Below the pieces are notes generated by a model that saw only the letters and a program-made list of their open reading frames with translations, ran no database searches and had not been told where the DNA came from. A stretch of DNA of 62,840 bases, the filler included. It is 20 parts of 20 records of this genome, joined end to end, with 100 filler letters (N's around TTAATTAATTAA, not from the genome) between each part and the next. Parts side by side here need not be neighbours in the genome. Positions count along the whole stretch, not along the records: positions 11,031 to 14,414 come from SRR16133337_27120; positions 14,515 to 16,742 come from SRR16133337_27136; positions 16,843 to 19,102 come from SRR16133337_27551; positions 19,203 to 21,956 come from SRR16133337_27553; positions 22,057 to 29,909 come from SRR16133337_27823; 15 more parts are not named here. The stretch is one strand, 5' to 3'. A program made the translations under genes and the position numbers. The stretch's first letter is position 1, and every line of letters starts with the position of its first letter. Positions 11,345 to 22,231 of the stretch are shown in pieces.

Positions 11345-11944
11345 TTATTTGTCATAATATGGCATGTACGCATCTTTCCTGGACCATGTCTCCACGTAGC
11401 TTTCCATGAACTTTAAGTTTCGTGTGTGACATGCGTGGCAACAGAACCCAAAATCCTCGGGCTTACAGCAGCTTGGAACTGATCTTTTTTTGCAATATCT
11501 GCACGACTGGAGGTAGTAAAGATAGCGACAATCAAAGCAGAGAACCTCACCGCAAGCACACGTATCACCCAACGATTCACATTGATCACACCAAGTTTTG
11601 TTACAAGTTGCGTTGTGGCACCTTAAACCAAATCCAGTGTCTTTCGATTTCAAACAAACATGAGTCTGTGCCCGAAAAGATAGAATTTCATTTTGCAAAT
11701 CCGTCGGCTGAGCAAGAAATAATATTCTTGTCCTTCTCGTGTTTCCTTTCGTTTTTCGTTTGTGCGTTTTTTTTCTTGTCAACACGAGTGGGTTGTGCCA
11801 TTTCTGGAATGAGTTTGTGGTTGCGAGAATTTTCTTGGATGAATTGTGTGTTGGTTGGTTTCCTTGGCTATAGTTTGAAAGAACTGACTGGTAGGGTAAG
11901 GGTTGTGGAAGTGGTGGAGGATATTGTATATTCAATAAATTCAA
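11345..11944 (-). CDS. Cys-rich putative zinc-binding protein with F-box-like motif (probably eukaryotic; start uncertain)
   Basis: FLAQPTDLQNEILSF resembles an F-box core, followed by many Cys pairs (CHNATC, CDQC, CAC, CFDC, CRYC, CHAC). Confidence 0.45.
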   Translation of the reverse strand: MNLLNIQYPPPLPQPLPYQSVLSNYSQGNQPTHNSSKKILATTNSFQKWHNPLVLTRKKTHKRKTKGNTRRTRILFLAQPTDLQNEILSFRAQTHVCLKSKDTGFGLRCHNATCNKTWCDQCESLGDTCACGEVLCFDCRYLYYLQSCRYCKKRSVPSCCKPEDFGFCCHACHTRNLKFMESYVETWSRKDAYMPYYDK

Positions 11945-13507
11945 ATGAATACATCCTAGAGCTGTAATTCTAACCTAGAATTGTTGAACACAGAGCAATT
12001 GCTTAAGGTAGCAGAATGTCTAACGTATTTTTATACCACGCATTTCGGTAAAGAAATTCGTTCTCACTCAAAAACCAATGAAATCAACCAAAAGTTTCAC
12101 AGGGTGTGTCCACTATCATCCACAGAACGTAAAAACAAGTTTCGCTATATTTGTGCATGTAGCATGTCGTTGTGAGATTTCAAATGGAATCGCGAAAATT
12201 CATTTTCGAAACACCACGAAAGTACATACCTGGATGTCAAAATCCACGCTATGAATTTTGTTGAAAGTTGTGTCTTTGACAGTCCATGAGTAGAAGTGTT
12301 GATCTTGGGTCGCTGAAATGTTTGGAATTTTGCAATACCAGAATAACTGAGAATTCGTGTTTGCATTGTTCACAACCATGAAAAGCTCAATTCTTGTTTG
12401 AAGGCATAAAAACATGTTTTTCGATTAAATCTGTTCTAGTGAAGCAAAAGCCCTGAAACTCACACAAAAGATAGAACATGGAGGCTTTGACATTTCAATA
12501 CCATTTCCGTGTCTGAATCGCAATCAAAAACTATCCACTTCATTACGTATCGAATTGCTTGTTCTAAAAGATTTATGGATTTTATTCGGAAATGTAAAGT
12601 TTTGAAGAGAATTTTTCAATTAGCTTCCAAAAACACAGATTTTGTTCTGAAAAAACAGATGTTTTCACAGAAAACCGCACCACCACTCCTTGAAAACCGG
12701 CAGGTTCCAATCGAAATTAGAAATTAGTAGTAAACTTCCAGTACACGATCCTAAATTTTTATGAAAAACCAAGTTTTGGGTACTGAGAAAAATTGACAGA
12801 ATGAACCGTTAAGTTATTACTGGATTCCAAATTAAGGCAGAAAATGAGACTGTTTGCAGCACACGAAATTTTGTCCACATGGACCGTTCTCGGCAATTTT
12901 TCAACGAAAATCAACTTAACTTGCATAACAGCTGTGGACCCAAATAACACAGAAACTACTTTTGAAAATTTTCGGCGGCATGTCAGCTAGTACCATATTT
13001 TGCATGAGAAAATGAACGTTCTCAAAAACACACCACCCAAATTACATCACCTTGGTTGTTTTTGTACGGATGGATTAGAAAAACAAACTGAGCCTCCAAG
13101 AAAACAATTGTTTGGATCGATCACCTGAAAAAGATAAATTTCTTGTAGTGGTTGGGTTTTGAAAAACCTGTCTATTTAATTTTTCTGTCATTGAGTTTGA
13201 AACATCAAGGCTTGGGATCAATTCCCACAGCGTATGTTCTTGTGAACATCCGATTTATAATGCAAAATATCAGTAATATGCTGCACAAAGTTTATAAAAC
13301 TTGATAATATCACTTGTGTATTAAGTTTGTTGACTTTCATTGAATATCCGCTGAGAGTTGTCCATGTCAGTACTGTCAGTACAGCTGTATTGAAAGGCTT
13401 CCGCAAGTAGTTCACAATTTTAAAATTTTGGCATCCAATGTACCTACCAAAGCGCTCTAGGTTGTCTGAGAAAAGTCCGAAATTAGCTGACCGATTACAG
13501 AGTATAT

Positions 13508-13930
13508 CAGAGTAAAGTCCCCCTCTCTCATAACAAAGTCCTCCATGGTTTTTGGAGGGTCAGCATGGGGTGGTGGTGTGGGAGGGACTTTAAAAAAAAT
13601 TTTCGGGCGGCGAAGCCGCCTGAACCAAAAAATAACACATTTCGTCTAAATCGTGTTTCTAGAGGTCGAAATCACGTTTTTAGGTGTAAAATCGTGTATT
13701 TTTGCCTAAAAGTTCGATTTTTAAGTGATATAACGCACTTTTTTGAGTAAAAACCTTACATTTGCAAAAAAAATGTTCAAAGTCGCATGCTAAAAACTGC
13801 CTATAAAAATAGCATTTTTATTGCCAAAATTTCTTAAAGTCCCTCCCATAGTAAGGCCCTTCTCCACATAATAAAGTCCACACCCATGGTTTTTGGGGGA
13901 AAATAGGTGTCGGTGGTTGACTTTACTCTG
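13508..13930. mobile_element. MITE-like non-autonomous DNA element
   Basis: Terminal inverted repeats CAGAGTAAAGTC (13508-13519) / GACTTTACTCTG (13919-13930), right end followed by TA; internal inverted repeat TGGGAGGGACTTTAA / TTAAAGTCCCTCCCA; no convincing coding capacity. Confidence 0.6.
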
Positions 13931-14931
13931 TACCCACCTTTTTTCGTCAAAAAACTTGTGACTCCCAAGGAGCCCGGATGTGATATCCTGGATCCGTCTG
14001 GCTAAGGTGTGAAAATCTTCATAACATAAAAAAATTTTTTGGCGAAAGTGGCGCCTAATCTGCCACTATTTTTACTTTTTGAATGCCTTTGGTGCCATGT
14101 TGATTACAACTTGCCTAACCCGCCATAAATAATCTTTTCTTGAGCAAAAAAACATGGGTTTTTCTCACAAACCAGAACGCCTGTGATACATATCGGATTC
14201 CAAGAATTGAATGTTTTTTTTTGCTTCGTGTTAGGGCGTGCTTCATTGGGTTATTTTCAGCGCTGCAATATTCATTATGGTGGGGTTCGGAATAAACATT
14301 TTTGTGGCTGGAAATGAGTTTTATGGATGCAATGAGAAGGTTTGGACTTACGTGGAAGCGGTTTTAATCACACTGATCGTAGGATTTAGTATTGTCTGTT
14401 GTATCCAGCCAATTNNNNNNNNNNNNNNNNNNNNNNNNNNNNNNNNNNNNNNNNNNNNTTAATTAATTAANNNNNNNNNNNNNNNNNNNNNNNNNNNNNN
14501 NNNNNNNNNNNNNNGAATATCTTATAGGTGGAAAAGGGGTGTAAATTACGTTTTTTGAACTCGGATATCAGAGTTTCCAAAGCGTACCTTTTTATTTGTA
14601 TTCAAAACAATAAATGACGCACATTTGCAATCAAAAGTTACTTGTTTAGAAAATTCCATACAAATAACAGCTGAGCAATTTACTACGTACATGTTACGCT
14701 TCTGCAGGAACTGCCATGTCTTTAGATGTTACGCTTCTGCAGGAACATGTTATGGTTCTTAGATAGTTTTTTCACTCCTGCAAATTCAACCCAATGACTC
14801 CAATAAAAGGGTGAAAAAAATGCGCTATTTGAATATGGGACTTTTGCAAAAAGTTTTTTTAAAACAAAATCTAAATCTTTACATACTTTATAGTGTTAAA
14901 AAAACTATGAGTGCGTACAAGCATTATTTGT

Positions 14932-15141
14932 TACAGGGGCTAACGAAATAAGAAACCACACACCCCCTTCTAAGAGCCCATTCTCTTCAAAAATCTGCAG
15001 TTTTTTGAAAAACACGTGGGTAGTAAAGTACCTCTTGGGTTTTTTCAAAAGCACAATTTGTTTTATTTGATAATCGCCAAAAAAGTGTCTTAAGGGGGTG
15101 AGTGGTTAGTAGGTGTGTTTCTTACTCCCTTAGCATCTGTA
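14932..15141. mobile_element. Fold-back MITE with Tc1/mariner-like TA-CAG...CTG-TA ends
   Basis: Left TACAGGGGCTAACGAAATAAGAAAC vs reverse complement of right end TACAGATGCTAAGGGAGTAAGAAAC; centre also quasi-palindromic (TTTTGAAAAA...TTTTTCAAAA). Confidence 0.6.
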
Positions 15142-18100
15142 CTTTACTCAAAACACTTACCAAATCGTACTCTTCCTCTACATCAAGACGAGTAAAATTG
15201 AGCTGAATTATTTCAGAAAACGTCATGTTTCCAGGAGAAATTATAAATACACAATCGACATTATTTGCATATTGTTTGTTCTTTTCAGTGCCGTCTGTGA
15301 CAATTCCATGAGAATCAGTGTACGTAGAAGTTTCGTTACAGAGAGAAACATAACCAGAAACTACGAAATCAAAAAATAAAATAAAATCGTGTCACATAAA
15401 GTAAAAAAAAAGGGTGGATACTTTGTTTGGTTTAGACACGCTTATACTGTCCAAAGTATTAGCTGAAATCACTTTTTCCACGAGTATCTTATTTGGAGAC
15501 ATTTTTTTATCGTTTTTTCAAGACATCAAATATTTTTTTAAGGTCTCCAAAATTTGAATATATTTTCTCACTTTGTCCATACATGTTTGTTGGCAGGTTT
15601 TCCTGGTTTCGTTGTAGGAAATTAAAAAAAGTGAAATTGTGCTGCAATCAACATTTCATATTTTTCAAAGCGAAATTTACTTAATGGTACTTTCACTACA
15701 TAACCCACATAGCTATCCAATTAAAAACGGATTGGGTCAGTGTGTGAGGTTATCCATCTTTCTTATGGTTTGTACTACATTATTTTTCAAAATATATTTG
15801 TCGGTTTGCATAAATGATTATTCCTTTTCCAGTGCTTCCAAAATATGTACATTCAAGATATCGTGTGACAATTAAAATAGTTATGTACTATGTTACAAAT
15901 AGAAGGTTCAGTTTGAATGAAGTTTTTATACTTTTTTTGCAGAAACTTTGTACTTTTGAAGCAACAAAAAACATTTCTATAGATGAGAAATTGAAGAAAC
16001 GAAAACGTAAAGTTCCGGGAGGAAACAAGTGATCAATTATTTTAAAGCAAAAGTTCAGTTTTGCTGTGACAGTCTTATTGTGGAAGAAGAATAGAATAGT
16101 TCTGTGGACTGCAAATCTACACCAAAACGTGTTTATAAGGTTAGAATATCAATTTCAGCTTGGTTATGGGACATTTTCCCAACACAATATCACAATGTAC
16201 GAAAAAACATATCCATAATTATACATGGATGTACTCACCAAATAATCCATATTTTGCAGGATCTTCTGAAAGATCACTTGTTTGAACTTCGATTTCAGAG
16301 TCATCAATAACTTCATAGTGTGCCTCAAATCCTACGAAAATAAAAACACGATTAGCATCTCATTTACGGACGGAGTCCACCATCCAAAACCTTACACACA
16401 CAAAGAATTGACACTTCACATGAAAGGAACCCCACCACCCCCACCACTCCCCCAGAAATCAACTCTGTCCAAAATCTCCTTTGGGAATTGTGGAAGCATC
16501 AAAGAAGCAAAAAAATTTTCCTCTTTTCCATTTCTCTATTAATTGTTGTTCATGAAATTGTGCAGAAAAACGTGAAATAACGATTTTTCGCATCAGAATG
16601 TCATTTGTGATTTTTTTCTCATGGTTTTTACAGTGAAAAGTATTGTCACCGTATTTTCGTGATAACCCACCCTCCTACCAAAAACCACATACAACAATCC
16701 CCACACCCGCTCGGTTTTTGAAAATAAAGCCCCCTGAAGGGGNNNNNNNNNNNNNNNNNNNNNNNNNNNNNNNNNNNNNNNNNNNNTTAATTAATTAANN
16801 NNNNNNNNNNNNNNNNNNNNNNNNNNNNNNNNNNNNNNNNNNTCAAAAAATGTGAAAAAAATAGATAAAATTATTTTCCAATTTCGAAGGTGGTGAGTGG
16901 TGGGTGAGTGGGAGGTGGAGGAGTGTAACTTGGGTGATGTGTGTGGGGGTTATTCATGCATACCCTGTACCAGGTTCACTAAGCAGTACTTGTGCGTGAG
17001 CAGTGGAGAATGGCCACGAAAAAAAAATACGAAATTGATAAAATCAATAATAAAACTCCATAACTGATACATTTAACAACGTAATTAAATTAAATATTAC
17101 ATATTTTGGTTGTACTTGTGAAATTCTTAATTTCTACTCCGCGAGGAAAGTCCGACAGTGAACATGTGTTGAAAAGGCCAACCACAAAAAAATTACACCA
17201 CTTTTGACGGTTCTGACGAAAAAAAAATGGAGATACCATATTTTTGGAAAGGGCCAATGTTGGGGATACCATTTTTTTTCCGGAATCATCCGCGTACAAA
17301 ACTTGAGTGAGTGGTATCCTGGGAGCTCATTTTTTTCTTCTGACACGTCATATTTTTTTCTTGTCAAAACTATTTTTAGCAAGGCAAAATGGGGTGGGAG
17401 GGAAGCAAGACAAAGGGCAAATATGTGAAATTTTTTTGCTTGTGAAATTTGTCCCTCCTTGTTGTCGAAACGTTTAGGGAGAATGGGCAAGTGCAGAAAT
17501 TGTGGTAGTGTCAAAACGAATTTTCGTGGGCACATACCTTTTCTCACCCTTCCTTTCTTACAACTCTTACAACGAGTGGACAGACAAGCCCATGGGATAA
17601 CAGAGTCGTGATCGACCCACACATCCAAACGATCACCGAACTGAATTTTCGCGCGCCATCCAACAAGAACGGCATTGTGGGAATAATTTTTTGCGACTTC
17701 CTCCTCTTCCCCAGCCCAAATCACCTTCTTTACCGCCAGGAAGTGTTTACATTGCCTTGCCCTCGCCATAAGAAAAACTAGAAAACTTCGCAGCTATTTA
17801 TGAATAAAAATCAACATGTATCCACGATTATATGTCTACTGAAATCGACATATTCTTAATGCTATATTTCATTGTCAAAGTACATTGGGAGAGTAGCACG
17901 GATAATGTGAGTAATCACCGGCTTGGGTGTGTGTTGTCAACTCGGGATAAATTGGTGGTTGCGTCGACCGAAGGCACCGGCTTTATGACATCTTAATTTC
18001 AGCGAATTGTACGCTGTTCAAGTGCAAAATTTTCCCGCCAATCATGAACCTGCTGGTCAAAATCGGAATACTCTTTAGTGGAGGTGGCGTGTTGAGGGGG

Positions 18101-18384
18101 TCCAGGTTCTCCATTCGAAAGTGATTTCACGACAAATGCGCCAGGCTGCACAGGGTCTTATAGGACTTATTATTAAATATGGGAGATTTACACTTACAAC
18201 GCTTTTTTATTATGTGACAAAAAAGCATTTTGAGATCAGAGAAAAACTCATATGAAATCCCCTGATTTTTGTCTGCTTATGCTGTTTAGAACATGTGATT
18301 GTGCTTTTGGCATTTATGCCAGTTGTGCGGTTTTTCATAACATTTTCCAGAAGTTTTCTTTTTTGATTGGAGAAACCACTGCAA

Positions 18385-18470
18385 TACAGGGATATTATCA
18401 ACCTCCACCTCCCCTCCCACCTTAAGGGTCATTTTTGCTCATCTATGTCCGAAATTTGATATTGCCTGTA
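18385..18470. mobile_element. Small TA-CAGG...CCTG-TA element (degenerate MITE)
   Basis: TACAGGGATATTATCAA ... TTGATATTGCCTGTA imperfect terminal inverted repeats. Confidence 0.35.
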
Positions 18471-19202
18471 TGGACATTGTGTACCAGTACTATCAAAAAC
18501 AATGTTGGATCTTAGGTGTTGAATTTTTTTAATCGACTTCCCTTCAAAAACAATTAAATTCTCCCAATTTTTTGAGGACTGTGCAATCTGAATAATTAAA
18601 AGGCAATACAGCTCATTAACAGGACCTTGTAGTGTTGTAATATTTGGTTTAACTTATTTGATTTGCGCCTTTTGTTATATGAATTTAGGAGTGAGGAAAA
18701 GAGTATGGAGGAGCGTGTACAGCAGCTGGAGACAGATTTGGCACAGTCCCAAGCTCAAAATCTCGTCCAAAATGAAGCAATGGCGTCGTTGATAAGGCGC
18801 GTCACAGAGGTAAGTGAAAACAAAATGCCCAGCAACATACAGTTGAGTAAAAATATACGTTATTTTACATAAATGAACATTTTGTGTTCGGTCTCCAACT
18901 TCCTTTTTACCTGTCTGTGATATCGAAAAAAAGTTTAAACTATTGTATATTTTGAGCAAAGCTGGACATAAAACGAACAGTGTTTTTTTCGTTCTTTCCA
19001 CAAAAATACAGTTCTGAGCAGACATTACACCTGAATTCAAACGAATTTTTTCAAATCTGAGAATTTTCTTTTGGTGTTCAGGTGTTTTGCCTGTTTTTTA
19101 GANNNNNNNNNNNNNNNNNNNNNNNNNNNNNNNNNNNNNNNNNNNNTTAATTAATTAANNNNNNNNNNNNNNNNNNNNNNNNNNNNNNNNNNNNNNNNNN
19201 NN

Positions 19203-19838
19203 GATTACAACCTATTTGTAACCTTGTTGGACATTCGGTGGTGGCAAATATATAAATACTTTAAAGCCTTAAAAACAATTAAAAACGTAGGATTTTCAGA
19301 ATTGAAACAACATTATAATTGGTTGTATAAAAATATTAATCTAACAAGATTTATTCCTTTTATAAAAATAAAAACACAAAAACTATTTGCCCCTGCATAC
19401 AGAATTAACAACCTTACAGTTGACGAATTTGCTCACGCAGATGATTTGTATTTAGGTTGGCACAATACGAAAGATTTTGAATATCTACAGTATTTGATAG
19501 CTGTATTGTATCGAGAAAAAAAAGATGGAAAACGCTTCCTTTTTGATAAAACAGAACTAGATACTAGAACGAAAAAATTAGCAAAAATTGACAAAAAAAC
19601 ATTGTTAGCAACCGCACTAAGCTACCAAGGATGTAGAGCGTATATGATTGCACAGTTTCCTGTGGTGTTTCCCAAATCCAAAACCAATAAAAAACCACCA
19701 AAAAACAGCGGTTTTGGGAAGTTAATATTATATGTTTCTGGTGGAAAATTTGGCACATATAACGAAACCAAAAACACCAACGTATACACCTTTTTAAGTG
19801 AATTTGAAGAACAGTTAAAGAAAAAACCTAATGCCTAG
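19203..19838 (+). CDS. Phage-like hypothetical protein (possibly tail-assembly related), 5' truncated
   Basis: ORF open from near the contig start; motif PAYRINNLTVDEFAHAD resembles Bacteroidota prophage proteins; overlaps the next ORF. Confidence 0.5.
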   Translation, partial: DYNLFVTLLDIRWWQIYKYFKALKTIKNVGFSELKQHYNWLYKNINLTRFIPFIKIKTQKLFAPAYRINNLTVDEFAHADDLYLGWHNTKDFEYLQYLIAVLYREKKDGKRFLFDKTELDTRTKKLAKIDKKTLLATALSYQGCRAYMIAQFPVVFPKSKTNKKPPKNSGFGKLILYVSGGKFGTYNETKNTNVYTFLSEFEEQLKKKPNA

Positions 19839-20352
19839 AATCTCATTCCTAAATATTGTCAACTACCTTGAACAGCTCGCTACCAATCATATAGAAATCA
19901 AAGCAGCTTATCGTTGGAATGTCTCTGAAATATCAGGAGCGTTACGCAAAGGCATCGAATTACCTGTCATGCTTATTGATGCCGTTGAAACACAAACGAA
20001 AGGTAGCCCTGCTAAAACCATACATATAAATACCACAGCATTTACTATGCTAGGCAAACCAAACACACGCATAGGAAATTTAGATCAGTATCAGGCACAG
20101 AATGAAACCTTAGATTATTGCCAACAAATTTGTTTTGATTTAGAACAACGTATTATTAGCAATTCTTTACAGCCAACAGATACCAATGGCATCAAAAATT
20201 GGATGTATGGACTTGTTGATAAAAATAGTTTTCACCATTTTAAAATAGGTCCTATCTTTTCAGATGGACTATATGGATATCGTTGTGAACTCTCTTTAAA
20301 AAATCAAATTTCCACAGAGCCACCAAACATTGAAAAATGGTTGGATTTGTAA
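19831..20352 (+). CDS. Phage-like hypothetical protein (possible tail terminator/completion protein)
   Basis: 173 aa, coupled to the previous gene; LPVMLID and YGYRCELSL patterns; prophage-like context. Confidence 0.45.
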   Translation: MPRISFLNIVNYLEQLATNHIEIKAAYRWNVSEISGALRKGIELPVMLIDAVETQTKGSPAKTIHINTTAFTMLGKPNTRIGNLDQYQAQNETLDYCQQICFDLEQRIISNSLQPTDTNGIKNWMYGLVDKNSFHHFKIGPIFSDGLYGYRCELSLKNQISTEPPNIEKWLDL

Positions 20353-20454
20353 TTTATTTTAAAAAACAATAAAACATACCTATAAATGGTGATGTTTTTT
20401 GATTCCCCATTTCTTACAAATTTATCCCCATTTATGGGTAAATTTCGCATTATT

Positions 20455-20689
20455 TTGTGTCATCGATGACATTTTTATGACCCTGATAATAAATAGCTTA
20501 ATGAAATATAAGGAAATTTCTGATGTATTTTTTTTAGATTTTTAAAGCTTGGAAATACTTCGCCGTTTACAATTCGATAGCACGTTTTTTTACTGATACC
20601 AGTGGCTTTTTGAAGTTTTTCCGCAGATATTTTGTGTGTTTTTAAATACCAAACCAAACGCTGTATATCCATTGTCATCGATGACACAA
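20455..20689. repeat. Perfect 17-bp inverted repeat pair flanking the HTH gene
   Basis: TTGTGTCATCGATGACA (20455-20471) and TGTCATCGATGACACAA (20673-20689); each contains the 14-bp palindrome TGTCATCGATGACA. Confidence 0.9.
20475..20678 (-). CDS. XRE/Cro-like helix-turn-helix transcriptional regulator
   Basis: ISAEKLQKATGISKKTCYRIVNGEVFPSFKNLKKI...ISLSYLLSG is an HTH_3 pattern; start probably ATG 20678 or 20672. Confidence 0.85.
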   Translation of the reverse strand: MTMDIQRLVWYLKTHKISAEKLQKATGISKKTCYRIVNGEVFPSFKNLKKIHQKFPYISLSYLLSGS

Positions 20690-20850
20690 TTTTTTAAATT
20701 AAATAATATACTTTAGGGGAAAAATAAAAGAGGGGGAAAGTACTAAGATTAAAGTCTAAAAACAAGAAGTAGCCCTCATATATAAACAATTGTTTAATAA
20801 AAAGATGTCAATTTATATAACTAATTTCTAAACCCTCAAAAAAGAAACCA

Positions 20851-21111
20851 ATGCCTAATTTAAAATTCAAAAAAGAGCCACCTATATCTTCTTCAAATCA
20901 TTACACCTTAAACAAGTTAGAAATACTTACAGATCATTTGGACGAGATAAAACAGGATTTCATAAAAGAAATTACGGACGAAAGAACGTCTAAAAGAGTT
21001 GTCATTGATTTTATTTTAGAACGCAATCTTTCTAGTGAATTTCGACTATTTTTAAGAAAAAACAGAGATTATTCTTATTATAAGCGGTTTCAAAGATTTT
21101 TTATTAAATAA
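20851..21111 (+). CDS. Hypothetical protein divergent from the HTH gene
   Basis: 86-aa ORF, ATG after an A-rich leader, bacterial-like composition. Confidence 0.6.
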   Translation: MPNLKFKKEPPISSSNHYTLNKLEILTDHLDEIKQDFIKEITDERTSKRVVIDFILERNLSSEFRLFLRKNRDYSYYKRFQRFFIK

Positions 21112-21129
21112 TAGTCTAAATATTTTATT

Positions 21130-21149
21130 ATATAACAAAAATGTTATAT
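21130..21149. promoter_or_regulatory. Palindromic operator upstream of hicA (probable HicB site)
   Basis: ATATAACA-AAAA-TGTTATAT, 9 nt before the hicA ATG. Confidence 0.55.
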
Positions 21150-21158
21150 TTTTACATC

Positions 21159-21341
21159 ATGAAATCAAGTTCATTGAAAAGGTTGATTGAAAAAGAGGGT
21201 TGGGTTCTTGTAAGAACAAAAGGAAGTCATCATCATTTTAAACATCCTATCAAAAAAGGAATTGTTACAATACCACATCCAAAAAAGGACATTCCTAAAG
21301 GAACGGTAAACTCAATCCTTAAACAGGCGGGGCTAAAATAG
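21159..21341 (+). CDS. hicA: HicA-family toxin (type II TA)
   Basis: LIEKEGWVLVRTKGSHHHFKHP...VTIPHPKKDIPKGTVNSILKQAGL is the HicA signature. Confidence 0.95.
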   Translation: MKSSSLKRLIEKEGWVLVRTKGSHHHFKHPIKKGIVTIPHPKKDIPKGTVNSILKQAGLK

Positions 21342-21401
21342 CCCCATCTGTTAAAACAATGTCTTGTATTGAAAATTTAATACCCTTAAATATTAGAAAT
21401 T

Positions 21402-21812
21402 ATGGAAGCTAAAAAAATCACTGTTTATGTAGAAAAGGCAGCAGATGGTACTTATTGGGGTACCACACAAGATGTAGTTGGTGTTGCCACTTCTTTTGGA
21501 AAAACACTAAGTGAACTAGAAAAAAACTTAAAAAAAGCATTTTCAGATCAATTAGAACTCGCTAAAGAGTTGGCTGAAGACTGGGCAAACGATTATGAAA
21601 ATTATGAGTTTGAATACAAGTTAGATTTAACCGCTTTTTTCGATTTGATTTCTGAAATAAAAATTTCGAATCTAGCAGAAAAAGCCAAAATGAACCCCTC
21701 TTTATTACGTCAGTATAAAACAGGGAAAGTAAATGCCTCAGTAAAACAACTACAGAAAATAGAAAAAGCCGTACATCAGTTAGGCGAAGATCTACTTTCA
21801 GTCTCTTTTTAA
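21402..21812 (+). CDS. hicB: HicB-family antitoxin with C-terminal HTH
   Basis: N-terminal HicB pattern (VEKAADGTYW...SFGKTLSEL) and C-terminal HTH (ISNLAEKAKMNPSLLRQYKTG); directly after hicA. Confidence 0.88.
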   Translation: MEAKKITVYVEKAADGTYWGTTQDVVGVATSFGKTLSELEKNLKKAFSDQLELAKELAEDWANDYENYEFEYKLDLTAFFDLISEIKISNLAEKAKMNPSLLRQYKTGKVNASVKQLQKIEKAVHQLGEDLLSVSF

Positions 21813-21833
21813 TGTTGCTATGACTTGATTTCT

Positions 21834-21862
21834 AAAACCGCTCTTAATCGAGCGGTTTTTTT
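21834..21862 (+). terminator. Rho-independent terminator after hicB
   Basis: AAAACCGCTC-TTAATC-GAGCGGTTTT followed by a T-run. Confidence 0.85.
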
Positions 21863-21927
21863 ATGTCTTATTTAAAAATAATTCACTACATTTACAGTTC
21901 CAAATTACAAAAACAAAAGCAAGTTGT

Positions 21928-21955
21928 AAACCACTCCTAACCGAGTGGTTTTTTT
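21928..21955 (+). terminator. Second, related terminator hairpin
   Basis: AAACCACTC-CTAACC-GAGTGGTTT followed by a T-run; near-copy of the previous hairpin. Confidence 0.7.
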
Positions 21956-22056
21956 ANNNNNNNNNNNNNNNNNNNNNNNNNNNNNNNNNNNNNNNNNNNN
22001 TTAATTAATTAANNNNNNNNNNNNNNNNNNNNNNNNNNNNNNNNNNNNNNNNNNNN

Positions 22057-22086
22057 TGTAGACCCGTAGCATGCTACGGGTCTACA
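22057..22086. repeat. GTAG-type REP-like perfect palindrome
   Basis: TGTAGACCCGTAGCATGCTACGGGTCTACA, a 30-bp perfect palindrome at the contig start. Confidence 0.75.
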
Positions 22087-22231
22087 ATATAATACAATAC
22101 AATACAATGGATTTATAATGGACGTTGAGCATTCGAAGAAGTTCATTATATTTGTTATAAAAGATTTAGAACAGAACTATACTCCATCTAAAAAACCTTT
22201 TCACATTCAATAAGGTTACTCATATTAACGA

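Noticed and set aside
14691-14762. Two copies of ATGTTACGCTTCTGCAGGAAC
   Set aside because: A local tandem duplication with two units; nothing further supports function.
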